This document shows positions 8,156 to 18,417 of a DNA stretch of 64,000 nucleotides, one piece after another (within the stretch, counting starts at the first letter, position 1; each line of letters begins with the position of its first letter). The position numbers and the translations under genes were made by a program. The notes under the pieces were generated by a model. That model did not search any database. It was not told the DNA's origin and saw nothing but the letters and a program-made list of their open reading frames with translations. Source of the stretch: an uncultured Spirochaetaceae bacterium (lineage in GTDB: Bacteria > Spirochaetota > Spirochaetia > SZUA-6 > DRHE01); assembly GCA_964627715.1 (NCBI GenBank), contig CAZVHJ010000002.1, positions 14,109-78,108 on the forward strand, written 5' to 3'.

Positions 8156-10165
8156 TTGGGAGGGGATACTATTTCACACATTTCCTCAGGCGTTCTTGGC
8201 GAACGAATTTGCAGGTGGGGTGTTTTGCCCCAAAATCGTAAATATCTGGGCTCGAAGTATCGGCTGCTCGATTTCCTGACCGATACGATCCTATCGCGGG
8301 TACCGGAGATCGATGTTTTTGTCGATCTGTTCGCCGGAACCGGGGTGGTAGGAAATTCCTTTCGGGCTCACGCCTCCACGATTATCGCCAATGACCTGCT
8401 TTACTCCAACTACGTGGTGAACCGGGCTTATCTGACTTCGAGCAAGGCCACGGTGGACCTGGACCGGGTGGATGCTCTAATCGAGGAGCTCAACCACTGT
8501 ACCCCCGTTCAAGGCTACACCTACGCGGGCTACGGCGGTACGTATTTCACGAAGCACAACGCCGCCCGCATCGATGCAATCCGGGAGGCCATCGAGTCCC
8601 TCTATGCGGAACAGCGCTGTAGCGAACAGGAGCGTTTCGTCCTGCTGGCCAGTCTTCTTCTGGCCATTGACAAGGCGGCGAACACGGTAGGCCAGTACGA
8701 CGCCTTCCTCAAACACATCGACAATCGGGAGTCAACGGGCAGACACCTTATCGACAGCAACGTACACAAGCCTCTGCGGCTGCGGGTTCCGGAGATCGAG
8801 CTGATCGGCAATAACGGCAACGAGGTGTATAATGAGGACGCCAATAGCCTCATCCGCCACCTGGAGGCGGAGGTCCTCTATCTCGATCCCCCCTACAATA
8901 CACGGCAGTACGTCGACTGCTACCATGTACTGGAAAACATCCTCCGTTGGGACAAACCGCCCCTGCATGGAAAAACGAGAAAGTTCCAACGGGATCACCT
9001 GAAGAGCCGTTACTCCCGCAAGAACGCGGCCGACCAGGCTCTCGAAGAGTTGATCGAGGCGGCCCGGGCCAAGCATATCTTTTTGAGTTACAACAGCGAA
9101 GGGATCATTCCGGAAAATACGATTCGGGAGATCTTAAGCCGCCGGGGAAAGCTGGAAATTTTTTCTCGGAAGTACTCCGTGTTTGGAAACGGAGCGGGAA
9201 GCTCCCGCAAGCGCACGCTTACAGAGCGAATCTTCTACTGTCGTACGGCGCCCGGCCTCCGGGTGATTGGCGTTGGTACCCGCCGCTTGACCCCGGAGAA
9301 GAAGACTGAAAAAATAGAGCTGTTCACCGAGCAAGGAGAGAGCCGGGGGTATTACTCTCCTCGAAATCGGCTCAACAACCTGACGGGGAAAGAATGGGTA
9401 TACTGGAGCAAGAGTGTCATCAACAAGCAGTACCCGCCTAATCTACAGCACAAACTCCGTTCCCGCCATGGAGGCCAGAAGCCGCCCGATCTCTGCGCGG
9501 ATCTGATCGAGGTGTTCACCAAGCGAGGCGGGCGGGTCCTCGATCCTTTTGCCGGCGTCGGCGGAACGCTGTTGGGGGCGGGGTTGCGTGGCAGAAATGC
9601 AGTGGGAATCGAGATTAATCCGCGGTGGATCGAGATCTACCGTCAGGTGTGCTCGTTGGAAAAGATCCCCGAACAGAGGATGATCTGCGGGGACAGCCGA
9701 GCCGAGCTGCCCGTGCTGGCTAAAAATGAGGAAGAATTCGATCTGCTTCTCACGGATGTGCCCTACTGGCGCATGGACAGGGCTGAAAAGAGCAACGGAA
9801 AATACAAACGGGCCGGGGAAGGGCAGAGAGAGCTTCGGCAATCAAAGCTTGCCGCTTTCAACAGGAACAGCTATGAGAGCAAGGCGCACTGGCTTGAGGA
9901 AATGGCCGCGGTATTTTCTGCCGCCGTGCCGCTGCTCAAGGACAAGGGCTATCTGGTTGTGTTCATCGGTGATATGTACCACAGCGGCCGCTATCATTTC
10001 CTCAGTTCCGAACTTGCTACGGTCTTGACCGGCCTGGGACTTATCCCGAAGGCCAATCTTATCTGGTACGATGTGAGCAAATCTCTCCACATATACGGGT
10101 ATCAATACGAGTATATACCCTCGATGATTCACCAGAATATTTTAGTGTTCCGTAAACAATCCTGA
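8156..10165 (+). CDS. two-domain DNA methyltransferase: N-terminal Dam-like (D12 class) N6-adenine MTase fused to a C-terminal circularly permuted beta-class N6/N4 MTase domain
   Basis: Domain 1: NRKYLGSKYRLLDF, DLFAGTGVVG (FxGxG), VLYLDPPYN (DPPY). Domain 2: HGGQKPPDLCADLIEVF...VLDPFAGVGGT (pfam01555-like C-terminal half) followed by MICGDSRAELPV...FDLLLTDVPYW (DPPY-like half). Probable true start is the TTG at 8225 preceded by AGGTGG. Confidence 0.8.
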   Translation: MGGDTISHISSGVLGERICRWGVLPQNRKYLGSKYRLLDFLTDTILSRVPEIDVFVDLFAGTGVVGNSFRAHASTIIANDLLYSNYVVNRAYLTSSKATVDLDRVDALIEELNHCTPVQGYTYAGYGGTYFTKHNAARIDAIREAIESLYAEQRCSEQERFVLLASLLLAIDKAANTVGQYDAFLKHIDNRESTGRHLIDSNVHKPLRLRVPEIELIGNNGNEVYNEDANSLIRHLEAEVLYLDPPYNTRQYVDCYHVLENILRWDKPPLHGKTRKFQRDHLKSRYSRKNAADQALEELIEAARAKHIFLSYNSEGIIPENTIREILSRRGKLEIFSRKYSVFGNGAGSSRKRTLTERIFYCRTAPGLRVIGVGTRRLTPEKKTEKIELFTEQGESRGYYSPRNRLNNLTGKEWVYWSKSVINKQYPPNLQHKLRSRHGGQKPPDLCADLIEVFTKRGGRVLDPFAGVGGTLLGAGLRGRNAVGIEINPRWIEIYRQVCSLEKIPEQRMICGDSRAELPVLAKNEEEFDLLLTDVPYWRMDRAEKSNGKYKRAGEGQRELRQSKLAAFNRNSYESKAHWLEEMAAVFSAAVPLLKDKGYLVVFIGDMYHSGRYHFLSSELATVLTGLGLIPKANLIWYDVSKSLHIYGYQYEYIPSMIHQNILVFRKQS

Positions 10166-10192
10166 AGCTGTAGAATGGTCCGAGGAGGACAC

Positions 10193-11542
10193 ATGGCAGG
10201 AGTATTCAAAACCTACGATATTCGCGGGATATACGGAAAAGGTATTGATACCGCCCTGGCCTACAAGATAGGCCGTGCTTTTGCCCGCTACGTCCAGAAA
10301 GACACCTTCATGATCGGCTACGACGCCCGCACCTACTCCGAAGAGCTGTATCAGGCTCTGAGCCACGGATTGGTGGCGGAGGGAAAGAAGGTGCGCGGTA
10401 TCGGCATGGTCACCACCCCTCAGCTGCACTTCTACCAAATGAAAGAGGGATACGAGGCAGGTGTCATGATTACCGCCTCCCACAACCCGCCGGAATACCA
10501 CGGTTTCAAGTTGTACGACGATCGGGGGGGCGCGGTCAGCTACGAGAAGGGTTTGAAGGAAATCGAAGGACTGGTTTCGGGAATGGGGGAAGAACCGGTT
10601 CTGAGCGGCGGTTCCTTCGATGAAGTGGACCGTATCGATGAATACGTCGATTTTGTTACCGCCGCCTTTAAGGGTGAGAAGCTGGAAAGCAAAGTTGTCA
10701 TCGACGTGGGCAGCGGTTCAGCAGGCCGGGTTTTCCGCAGCATAAGCGACAAGATGCGCCTGCACAGTTACATTCTCAACGAGCAACCGGATGGTTCTTT
10801 TTTGAATCGGGATCCAAATCCCCTCAAACCCGAAAGCAGGCTCCACGCTGCGGCGAAGGTGTTGGAACACGGCGCCGATCTGGGTGCTCTATTGGACGGG
10901 GACGGCGATCGGGTCGTTTTCCTCGATGAACACGGGGAGAGCGTGGCCAATTATTACATCGCGGCGCTGATTGCCGAAGAGCTCCTAAGCGAGCAGCCCG
11001 GTGCTGCTATCGTCTATGATCTGATCTCCTCCCGGGCATTACCGCAGCGCATCCGAGAGCTGGGAGGAAAACCGGTCGTCTCCCGGGTCGGCTACACCTT
11101 TCTCTACGATGCCATGATCGCCGAAGGCGCCGTGTTTGGAGCTGAAACCTCAGGGCATGTGTATTTCAAGGTTACCGACAGCTACTACACGGAGTCAGCC
11201 GCCTATGCCCTGGTTGTCCTGCTCAAACTTCTGCACAAACGCCGGAAACCCCTTTCAGAGCTTCTGGCTCCACTGCGCGAGCGCTATTACCAGTCCGGGG
11301 AGATCAATATAGAGATTGCCGATAAAGAAAAGGTGTTGAAGGAACTGGAGCATCACTACGGCGCAACCGGTGGGACGATAAGCAAGCTCGACGGGGTGAG
11401 TGTGGAATTTCCTGATTACTGGTTCAACGTCCGCCCGAGCAACACCGAGCCCTTGATCCGATTACGTCTCGAAGCGGTAAGCCGACAGGTTGCGGAGCAA
11501 AAGACAGAGGAAACGACTGAATTTTTAAAGAGGTTCGTCTAG
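10193..11542 (+). CDS. phosphomannomutase/phosphoglucomutase (alpha-D-phosphohexomutase family)
   Basis: TASHNPPEYHGFK active-site phosphoserine loop; metal-binding DGDGDR motif; GAGGAGG 4 nt upstream of the ATG at 10193. Confidence 0.85.
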   Translation: MAGVFKTYDIRGIYGKGIDTALAYKIGRAFARYVQKDTFMIGYDARTYSEELYQALSHGLVAEGKKVRGIGMVTTPQLHFYQMKEGYEAGVMITASHNPPEYHGFKLYDDRGGAVSYEKGLKEIEGLVSGMGEEPVLSGGSFDEVDRIDEYVDFVTAAFKGEKLESKVVIDVGSGSAGRVFRSISDKMRLHSYILNEQPDGSFLNRDPNPLKPESRLHAAAKVLEHGADLGALLDGDGDRVVFLDEHGESVANYYIAALIAEELLSEQPGAAIVYDLISSRALPQRIRELGGKPVVSRVGYTFLYDAMIAEGAVFGAETSGHVYFKVTDSYYTESAAYALVVLLKLLHKRRKPLSELLAPLRERYYQSGEINIEIADKEKVLKELEHHYGATGGTISKLDGVSVEFPDYWFNVRPSNTEPLIRLRLEAVSRQVAEQKTEETTEFLKRFV

Positions 11543-11546
11543 AACT

Positions 11547-13490
11547 GTGGCCAAGATAAAGGGCAACAACGGCTTATTCGCTGACGCCAATCTTAAAAGT
11601 ATAGCAGTGCAGGAGCTGCAGCAGCTTCTTCAGGCCTCCCTGGAAGCCACGGTGGACGGCATCCTGGTGGTGGACAAGGAAGGTCGGATCATCCTCTCCA
11701 ATAACAGATTTGCGGAAATGTGGCGGGTTCCCCAGGAGATGATCCGTGACAAGGATGACATCAAGATCCGCGAGTACGTCATGGGCCAGGTAACAGATCC
11801 TCAGGCTTACATGGACAAGATCCGTGAGCTTTATGATACGAGCGATGAGTCCACAGATATTATCACCTTCAAGGACGGGAGAGTTTTTGAGCGTTATTCC
11901 GCGCCTCTGGTGATTTCGGATCAGATCATCGGCCGGGTATGGAGCTTTCGGGATATAACCGCCTACAGAGAAGCTCAGCGGCGGTTGGAGAGAAGTGAAG
12001 AGAAGTACAGGGACCTGGTAGAGAACGCCAACAGTATCATCTTGCGCTGGGATATCAATGGTGTCATCACCTTCATCAACAAATATGGTCAGAGATTACT
12101 GGGCTACAGCCAAGCCGATTTGGTAGGACAGCCGGTAATCGGGACGATTGTACCGGACAAGGATTCCTCGGGTCGCGATCTGGTAGCTATGATCGAGGGG
12201 ATAACCGACAGACCGAACGAGTTTATCTACAATGAAAATGAGAACATCACCAAAGACGGACAGTCCATATGGGTCTCATGGTCGAACAAACCGATCTATA
12301 ACGAGGTGGGACAGCTCGTTGGGATCCTGAGTATCGGCAACGAGATCACGGAGCGCAAGAAGCTCGAGCAGCAGCTGTTTCAAGCCCAGAAGATGGAAGC
12401 GGTGGGTCAGCTGGCCGGAGGTATCGCCCACGATTTCAACAACATGTTGATGGTAATCAACGGGTACTGCGAGCTGCTGCTCGACGCGTTGAAAGAAGGG
12501 GATACCCTACGGCGGGACATCGAACAAATCAAGGCAACTTCCTCACGAGCGGCCGCCCTCACTCGCCAGCTGCTTGCCTTCGGCCGCCGCCAGGTGATTC
12601 AGCCGAAGGTGGTCGATCTCAACAAGTTGCTGTACAGCAGCCAGGAGATGATCACCAGACTCGTGGGTCAGGCGGTGCAGCTGAACATCCGTGGACAGGA
12701 AGGTTCTCTCAATATCTATGCCGATCCGGTTCAGGTGGAGCAGGTGATTCTCAATCTGGCCGCCAACGCTCGAGATGCCATGCCCGAAGGCGGAATACTG
12801 ACGATAGAAACCCGTAGAAAAGACATCGAAAACCCGGATTTCGGAGAGCTCTATATGGTTCCAACGGGTAGCTACGTGTTATGTTCGGTCCTGGACACGG
12901 GAGTCGGGATATCCGCCGATACCCTGGAGCACATCTTTGAGCCCTTTTTCACTACCAAGGATCCAGGCAAGGGCACCGGGTTGGGACTGTCCACGGTGTA
13001 CGGAATCGTCAAACAGAACGACGGGTATGTCTTTGCCCACAGCGAGCCGGGCAAGGGAAGCTGTTTTACCATGTATTTCCCCATGGTTACCGAAGGCGAG
13101 TTGATTCGCAGCGAGGAAACTCACAAGCCGGAAGAAAGTTTTAGGGGAAGTGAACGAATCCTCCTGGTGGAGAGCGAAGCCAAGGTACGGCGATACACCA
13201 AGACGGTACTTCAGAAGTACGGGTATACGGTGAACGCCGCGGCCAGCGGCTCCGATGCCCTGGGCTTGTGGAAGACCTTAGATGTGGACCTCTTGATCTG
13301 TGTTACAGACCTTCCTGAGATGAGAGGTATCGATCTGGTCGAGAAGATCCGGGAGACCCAACCGAATATCAAAGTGTTGATGATCTCGGCAAATATGGGC
13401 CATGAACCGGCCGAAGAGCTGAATGTAATCACCAAACCCTTTACCAGCGAGGCTTTGCTGCGCAAGATCAGAAAGACCCTCGATACTTGA
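11547..13490 (+). CDS. PAS-domain hybrid sensor histidine kinase with C-terminal receiver domain
   Basis: Two PAS-like segments, H-box GIAHDFNNML, HATPase motifs DTGVGI and GTGLGLS, and a C-terminal REC domain (ILLVESE...DLLICVTDLPEMRGIDL...KVLMISA). GTG start immediately after the upstream stop. Confidence 0.85.
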   Translation: MAKIKGNNGLFADANLKSIAVQELQQLLQASLEATVDGILVVDKEGRIILSNNRFAEMWRVPQEMIRDKDDIKIREYVMGQVTDPQAYMDKIRELYDTSDESTDIITFKDGRVFERYSAPLVISDQIIGRVWSFRDITAYREAQRRLERSEEKYRDLVENANSIILRWDINGVITFINKYGQRLLGYSQADLVGQPVIGTIVPDKDSSGRDLVAMIEGITDRPNEFIYNENENITKDGQSIWVSWSNKPIYNEVGQLVGILSIGNEITERKKLEQQLFQAQKMEAVGQLAGGIAHDFNNMLMVINGYCELLLDALKEGDTLRRDIEQIKATSSRAAALTRQLLAFGRRQVIQPKVVDLNKLLYSSQEMITRLVGQAVQLNIRGQEGSLNIYADPVQVEQVILNLAANARDAMPEGGILTIETRRKDIENPDFGELYMVPTGSYVLCSVLDTGVGISADTLEHIFEPFFTTKDPGKGTGLGLSTVYGIVKQNDGYVFAHSEPGKGSCFTMYFPMVTEGELIRSEETHKPEESFRGSERILLVESEAKVRRYTKTVLQKYGYTVNAAASGSDALGLWKTLDVDLLICVTDLPEMRGIDLVEKIRETQPNIKVLMISANMGHEPAEELNVITKPFTSEALLRKIRKTLDT

Positions 13491-13521
13491 CAGTTATTGA
13501 GGCTATTCGTACGTTAATCCC

Positions 13522-14097
13522 ATGCGAATCCGCTACAACGCGCCTGTAATTCTTACCTTTACACTGCTGTCCACGGCGGTTCTGGTCATTAATCAAATTG
13601 TCGGCGGATTCACCGAAGCCTTTTTTGTCTCCTACCCAACTTTCAACGGGTCGATCCTTGATTTCCTTCGCCTCTTCACCCACGTTGTAGGGCACAGAAA
13701 CTGGCTTCATCTGATGAGCAACTTCAGCTTTATCCTGCTGATAGGACCGGTTCTCGAGGAGAAGCATCGTTCCGGACCGCTGCTGGTAATGCTTCTGGTG
13801 ACGGCCCTGGTTACCGGGATCCTGAACATTGTCTTTTTCTCGACCGGATTGATGGGAGCCAGCGGGATCGTATTCATGCTGATCCTTCTCAGCTCTTTTA
13901 CCAACATACGATCCGGGGAAATTCCCCTGACTTTCATTCTGATAGTCGTGTTGTTTTTAGCCAAGGAGTTCATCAACGCCTTCGCCGAGGACAACATATC
14001 CCAGTTCGCCCACATCATCGGCGGAATCTGCGGCGGTTTGTTTGGATTCATCTTCACCAGAGCGAAACGACCGGCCGTTCCCTCTGATCCCAATTGA
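13522..14097 (+). CDS. rhomboid-family intramembrane serine protease
   Basis: Six hydrophobic helices; GASGIVF (catalytic GxSG) and AHIIGGICGGLFG (catalytic His helix) motifs. Confidence 0.75.
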   Translation: MRIRYNAPVILTFTLLSTAVLVINQIVGGFTEAFFVSYPTFNGSILDFLRLFTHVVGHRNWLHLMSNFSFILLIGPVLEEKHRSGPLLVMLLVTALVTGILNIVFFSTGLMGASGIVFMLILLSSFTNIRSGEIPLTFILIVVLFLAKEFINAFAEDNISQFAHIIGGICGGLFGFIFTRAKRPAVPSDPN

Positions 14098-14127
14098 AAG
14101 GGGACCTCATTTATAGTACCTTAGCCT

Positions 14128-15219
14128 TTGGGACTCGAGAAAAAAATCATGTTTGAAAAGCTAGACAGGATGGTCGAACGCCACCAAGAGCTGCAAACCC
14201 TGGTCTCCGACCCGGCGGCGATGAAGGATCAGCAGCGCTATAAGGAGTTGATGCGGGAAATGGCCGGCTTGGAGGAGGTCGTCGAGCAGTACAACCAGTA
14301 CAAGAAGCTGAAATCAGAGATTGACAGCACCAAGCAGCTGATCAAAGAGGGGGGGGAGGGGGAGCTCATCGCCCTGGCTCGGGAGGAACTGGGAACCCTG
14401 CAGGAGCGGGAGGAGGAGATGGAGCAGGAGCTCAAGGTTCTGCTCATTCCCAAAGACCCGATGGACCTGAAGAACATCATTATGGAGATCCGGGCCGGCA
14501 CCGGAGGCGACGAGGCTGCTCTGTTCGCCGCCGATCTGTTTCGAATGTACTCCAAATACGCGGAGGCCCGGCGTTGGACCATTGAGATTCTCTCCTCCCA
14601 TCAGACCGAAATCGGAGGGTTCAAGGAAATCATCTTCTCGATCAGCGGAAAAAGCGTCTATGAAAGCCTTCGCTACGAAAGCGGCGCACACAGGGTTCAA
14701 CGGGTTCCCGTTACTGAGACGGGGGGCCGAATCCACACCTCCGCCGTGACCGTCGCCGTACTGCCGGAGGCGGAACAGACGGAAATAGAGATCCGCCAGG
14801 AGGATCTACGGGTCGATGTCTACCGATCCTCCGGACCGGGCGGACAAAGTGTAAATACAACAGACTCGGCCGTGCGGATCACCCATCTTCCCACCGGATT
14901 GGTGGTAACCTGTCAAGACGAGAAGTCGCAGCACAAGAACAAAGCCAAAGCACTGCGGGTACTTCGGGCGCGTCTATTCGAACGGGAAGAGGAGAAGAAG
15001 CACGAAGAGAGAGCTGCAGCGCGAAGAATGCAGGTCGGTTCGGGAGACCGTTCCGAACGGATTCGCACCTACAACTTCCCTCAAAACCGGGTCACCGACC
15101 ACAGGATCAACCTGACCCTGTACCGTCTCGAAGAAGTAATGCTGGGAGACCTGGGAGAAATCGTCGATGCACTCAAACTCAGCGCCCGGGAGGAATATCT
15201 CAAGAAGCTAGCTGTATGA
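14128..15219 (+). CDS. prfA: peptide chain release factor 1
   Basis: [20 protein letters not shown] (GGQ motif); RVQRVPVTE (PxT tripeptide region typical of RF1); about 360 aa. Listed start is a TTG; an ATG at 14149 (MFEKLD...) is an alternative. Confidence 0.9.
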   Translation: MGLEKKIMFEKLDRMVERHQELQTLVSDPAAMKDQQRYKELMREMAGLEEVVEQYNQYKKLKSEIDSTKQLIKEGGEGELIALAREELGTLQEREEEMEQELKVLLIPKDPMDLKNIIMEIRAGTGGDEAALFAADLFRMYSKYAEARRWTIEILSSHQTEIGGFKEIIFSISGKSVYESLRYESGAHRVQRVPVTETGGRIHTSAVTVAVLPEAEQTEIEIRQEDLRVDVYRSSGPGGQSVNTTDSAVRITHLPTGLVVTCQDEKSQHKNKAKALRVLRARLFEREEEKKHEERAAARRMQVGSGDRSERIRTYNFPQNRVTDHRINLTLYRLEEVMLGDLGEIVDALKLSAREEYLKKLAV

Positions 15220-16055
15220 CCGTCGGGCACGCCCTGAATCAGGGTAAGAGACTTCTTTTCTACGCCGAAGTAGACACCCCCATGCTCGATGCCACGGTAC
15301 TGCTCTCCGAAGCCCTGGGAACCAGCAAAGAGCGACTGCTCGCCTCTCTTCCGGATCCATTGGACCAGGAGGGATGGCACCGTTTCCGCAGCTTTATCGA
15401 CCTGCGCTGCGCCGGTCTACCCGTCTCCTACATCCGCAAGAGGAAGGAGTTTTTCAGCCTGGAGTTCCACGTGGATGAGCGAGTCTTGGTGCCGCGGCCG
15501 GACACCGAGATTCTGGTGGAGGAAGCTTTACGAACCTTGAAAGCCAATCCGCAGGCCAAGCGGGTCCACGACGCCTGCACGGGGAGCGGATGTGTGGCCA
15601 TCGCCTTGAAGCACAGCATTCCTGCACTCAAAGTCTCCGGTTCCGACATAAGCATCGAAGCCCTCCAGGTTGCCGCCCATAACACCCGTCGGCTCCTGCC
15701 GACAGCTCGGATCCGTCTGTACCGCTCCGATTTGCTCACCAGGATCCCCGGCCGTTACGACCTGATCACGGCCAATCCACCCTATTTGACCGATCTGGAG
15801 GTCGAAAACATGAGGAAGGTGGGCTGGCCCGAACCGCAGCTCGCCCTGCAGGGCGGTGGCGATGGTACCGATCTGCTCCGCCGCCTGATCCGCCAATCTC
15901 TCCGGAAGTTGCGTTCTTCCGGACATCTACTTCTCGAAGCCGCTCCGCAACAGATGCCCGTCCTGCAGCGTGAGCTCGCGGATCAAGGATTCAAAGAGAT
16001 CACAGTGTTTACGGATTTGGCAGGTCGGTATCGGGTAATCAAAGCCCGGCGTTGA
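15216..16055 (+). CDS. prmC: release-factor glutamine N5-methyltransferase (HemK/PrmC)
   Basis: ITANPPY (NPPY), [11 protein letters not shown] (motif I); ATGA overlap with prfA as in the canonical prfA-prmC operon. Confidence 0.88.
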   Translation: MTVGHALNQGKRLLFYAEVDTPMLDATVLLSEALGTSKERLLASLPDPLDQEGWHRFRSFIDLRCAGLPVSYIRKRKEFFSLEFHVDERVLVPRPDTEILVEEALRTLKANPQAKRVHDACTGSGCVAIALKHSIPALKVSGSDISIEALQVAAHNTRRLLPTARIRLYRSDLLTRIPGRYDLITANPPYLTDLEVENMRKVGWPEPQLALQGGGDGTDLLRRLIRQSLRKLRSSGHLLLEAAPQQMPVLQRELADQGFKEITVFTDLAGRYRVIKARR

Positions 16056-16062
16056 GGCGAAG

Positions 16063-18141
16063 ATGGAGAGCTCGGCCAAAGCCTTGATGCGGCACTTCTC
16101 CCAGAAACTCGACCATTACCCCGGGGAGGAGCGTAAAAAGATCCTTTCAGCCCTGCGCTGGGGCCAAGGCCTACACCACAACCAGCGACGGGCCAGCGGA
16201 GAGCCGTTTATCGTACATCCCCTGATCGTGGCGGAGATTCTTGTCGATGCCCATCTGGACTACCAGACCGTGATCGCCGCCATCCTCCACGACGCTCTGG
16301 AGGACACGGGTCTCTCCCGCCGGGAGCTGCGCAAGGAGTACGGCCGGGAGGTGGAAGCCCTGGTTCAGGGAGTAACCAAGATTTCGGCGATCCGGGGCCG
16401 CAGCAAGACCACCCAGGCGGCCGCCACCATCCGGAAGATGCTCTTCGCCATGGTCAAAGACATTCGGGTCATCATGATCAAGCTGGCGGACAAGCTGCAC
16501 AATATGCGCACCCTCGAGTATCTGGAGCCCAAGAGCCAGAAACGTATCGCCGATGAATGCCTCGAGATCTACGCTCCCCTGGCGGGCCGCCTCGGGATGT
16601 CCCGGATCAAGAGCGAGCTGGAGGATCTGGCCTTAAGGGTGCTTCATCCCCGGGCCTACGAGCAGATCGATCATTTCGTCCAGGAGAAGAAGGAAGATCT
16701 TCATGAGTTCTTGAGCTCCATGGAGCAGAGCATCCGCGCGGAAGCCGAAAAGGCGGAAATTCCGATCGCGGTGGAGAGCCGGGTCAAGCACTACTACTCG
16801 ATGTATAGGAAGATCAAGAAAAAAGGCAGGATGATCGACGAGATCTACGACCTGGCGGGTATCCGCCTGCTCTGCGACACTCCGGGGCAGTGCTACGAGC
16901 TTCTCGGGATCCTGCACAGTCTCTGGAAGCCGATCGAGGGGCGTTTCAAAGACTTCATCGCCATGCCCAAGTCCAACCTCTATCAGAGCCTGCACACCAC
17001 GGTCATGGGACCGGAGGGCAAGATGCTGGAGATCCAGATCCGTACCCACCAGATGCACCGTACCGCCGAAGAGGGGATCGCCGCCCACTGGCTGTACAAG
17101 CGGGAGCTGAACGGGGAGCGGATCAAACCGGAGCAGCTGACCATCATCAATATGCTGAAGAGCTGGGACTCCACCAGCGTCAGCTCACCGGATTTCCTCG
17201 AGGAGATCAAGCGGGAGCTGCTCCGCGACTCGATCTACGTGTTCACTCCCCAGGGGGATATTATCGAGCTGCCCCGGGGCGCTACGGCCCTGGATTTCGC
17301 CTATCACATCCACACGGAGATCGGCAATCACTGCATGGCCGCCAAGGCCGACGGCAACCTTATCCGGCTGAACGAGGAGCTGAAGAACACCCAGGTCATT
17401 GAGATCTTGACCACCCCCGCGGCTCATCCCCATCTCGATTGGCTGCGCATGGTTCGCACCTCCCGGGCCCGCTCCAAGATCCGGCATTGGCTCGTTCAGA
17501 ACGAGCCCAACCTGATCATCGACCGCAATATCGTAGCCAAGAAAAAGGCTAGCAGCGACGTAGAGAAAGGGCGAAGCTCTCGAGAGACAAAACCGGGTAC
17601 TGAAGCCCGACCCGGGGGCGAAACCGGTCCGGTAAAGCGCCCAGGCCGGCGCTGGCGGGACCGGATGGAGTCGGAGACACAGGTCCGGGACACCACAAAG
17701 GTGGGCATTCGCATCGGGAACGAGCGGAACATGATGATCCACCTGGCCGGCTGTTGTCAGCCCGCCGCCGGGGACCAAATCGTAGGCTACATCTCCCGCG
17801 GCCGGGGAATCATCGTGCACAAGGCCAACTGTCCCAATCTATCGAACATAAAGGAGTTCGATGAACGGCATCTAGAGGTGGAGTGGGAGACGGTCAGCCC
17901 CAAGGCCACCCGCCGCTTCGAGGTCACCGCCCGCATGACCACAAACCTCTTTTCCGAAGTGGAGGGGGCGATCAAGAAGTTTCAAGGCCATCTGATCGAG
18001 GGCAAGCTGGAGGAGAACATCCCCGAAACCCTGCAGGGTTTCTTCACCGTGGAGCTGGACAATGGGCGGGACTTCGACCAGGTGCTCAAGAGCCTGCGCA
18101 CTATCCCCTCGGTTCTGCAGATCCGCAGCGTGGGTGGGTGA
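16063..18141 (+). CDS. rel: bifunctional (p)ppGpp synthetase/hydrolase (RelA/SpoT homologue)
   Basis: HD hydrolase motif (HDALEDT), synthetase domain, TGS domain (IYVFTPQGDIIELPRGATALDFAYHIHTEIG), CC-containing zinc-finger region, C-terminal ACT/RRM. A low-complexity Lys/Arg/Gly-rich linker (KKKASSDVEKGRSS...) replaces most of the helical linker. Confidence 0.9.
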   Translation: MESSAKALMRHFSQKLDHYPGEERKKILSALRWGQGLHHNQRRASGEPFIVHPLIVAEILVDAHLDYQTVIAAILHDALEDTGLSRRELRKEYGREVEALVQGVTKISAIRGRSKTTQAAATIRKMLFAMVKDIRVIMIKLADKLHNMRTLEYLEPKSQKRIADECLEIYAPLAGRLGMSRIKSELEDLALRVLHPRAYEQIDHFVQEKKEDLHEFLSSMEQSIRAEAEKAEIPIAVESRVKHYYSMYRKIKKKGRMIDEIYDLAGIRLLCDTPGQCYELLGILHSLWKPIEGRFKDFIAMPKSNLYQSLHTTVMGPEGKMLEIQIRTHQMHRTAEEGIAAHWLYKRELNGERIKPEQLTIINMLKSWDSTSVSSPDFLEEIKRELLRDSIYVFTPQGDIIELPRGATALDFAYHIHTEIGNHCMAAKADGNLIRLNEELKNTQVIEILTTPAAHPHLDWLRMVRTSRARSKIRHWLVQNEPNLIIDRNIVAKKKASSDVEKGRSSRETKPGTEARPGGETGPVKRPGRRWRDRMESETQVRDTTKVGIRIGNERNMMIHLAGCCQPAAGDQIVGYISRGRGIIVHKANCPNLSNIKEFDERHLEVEWETVSPKATRRFEVTARMTTNLFSEVEGAIKKFQGHLIEGKLEENIPETLQGFFTVELDNGRDFDQVLKSLRTIPSVLQIRSVGG

Positions 18142-18331
18142 TCGTTATCCTGGCGAAAAATTAAAAAAATCTGAATTCCTTCCGCCTGCGTGATATCCAT
18201 TGTATGGGTTGGCTATCCGAGTTCGGATATACAGCGAAACCCGGTATTTGCATTCCTTTTTTCAAAAGTCCGGAAAAAGAAGTTATTTGCCGAAATAAGA
18301 CGTAGAGTTGCACAAGTGCCGCTCTACTGAA

Positions 18332-18417
18332 TAGATCGGAGAAGAATGGGAGGGGTGAATGAGAAAGTAGGATGGAGAGAAAGGGAAGAATAGATTTGAA
18401 GGGAGAGATATGGAGCT
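18332..18417 (+). promoter_or_regulatory. about 85-nt polypurine (GA-rich, multiple GGA) 5' leader of the giant surface-protein operon
   Basis: atagatcggagaagaatgggaggggtgaatgagaaagtaggatggagagaaagggaagaatagatttgaagggagagatatggagct contains almost no pyrimidines and many A(N)GGA motifs. Confidence 0.4.
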
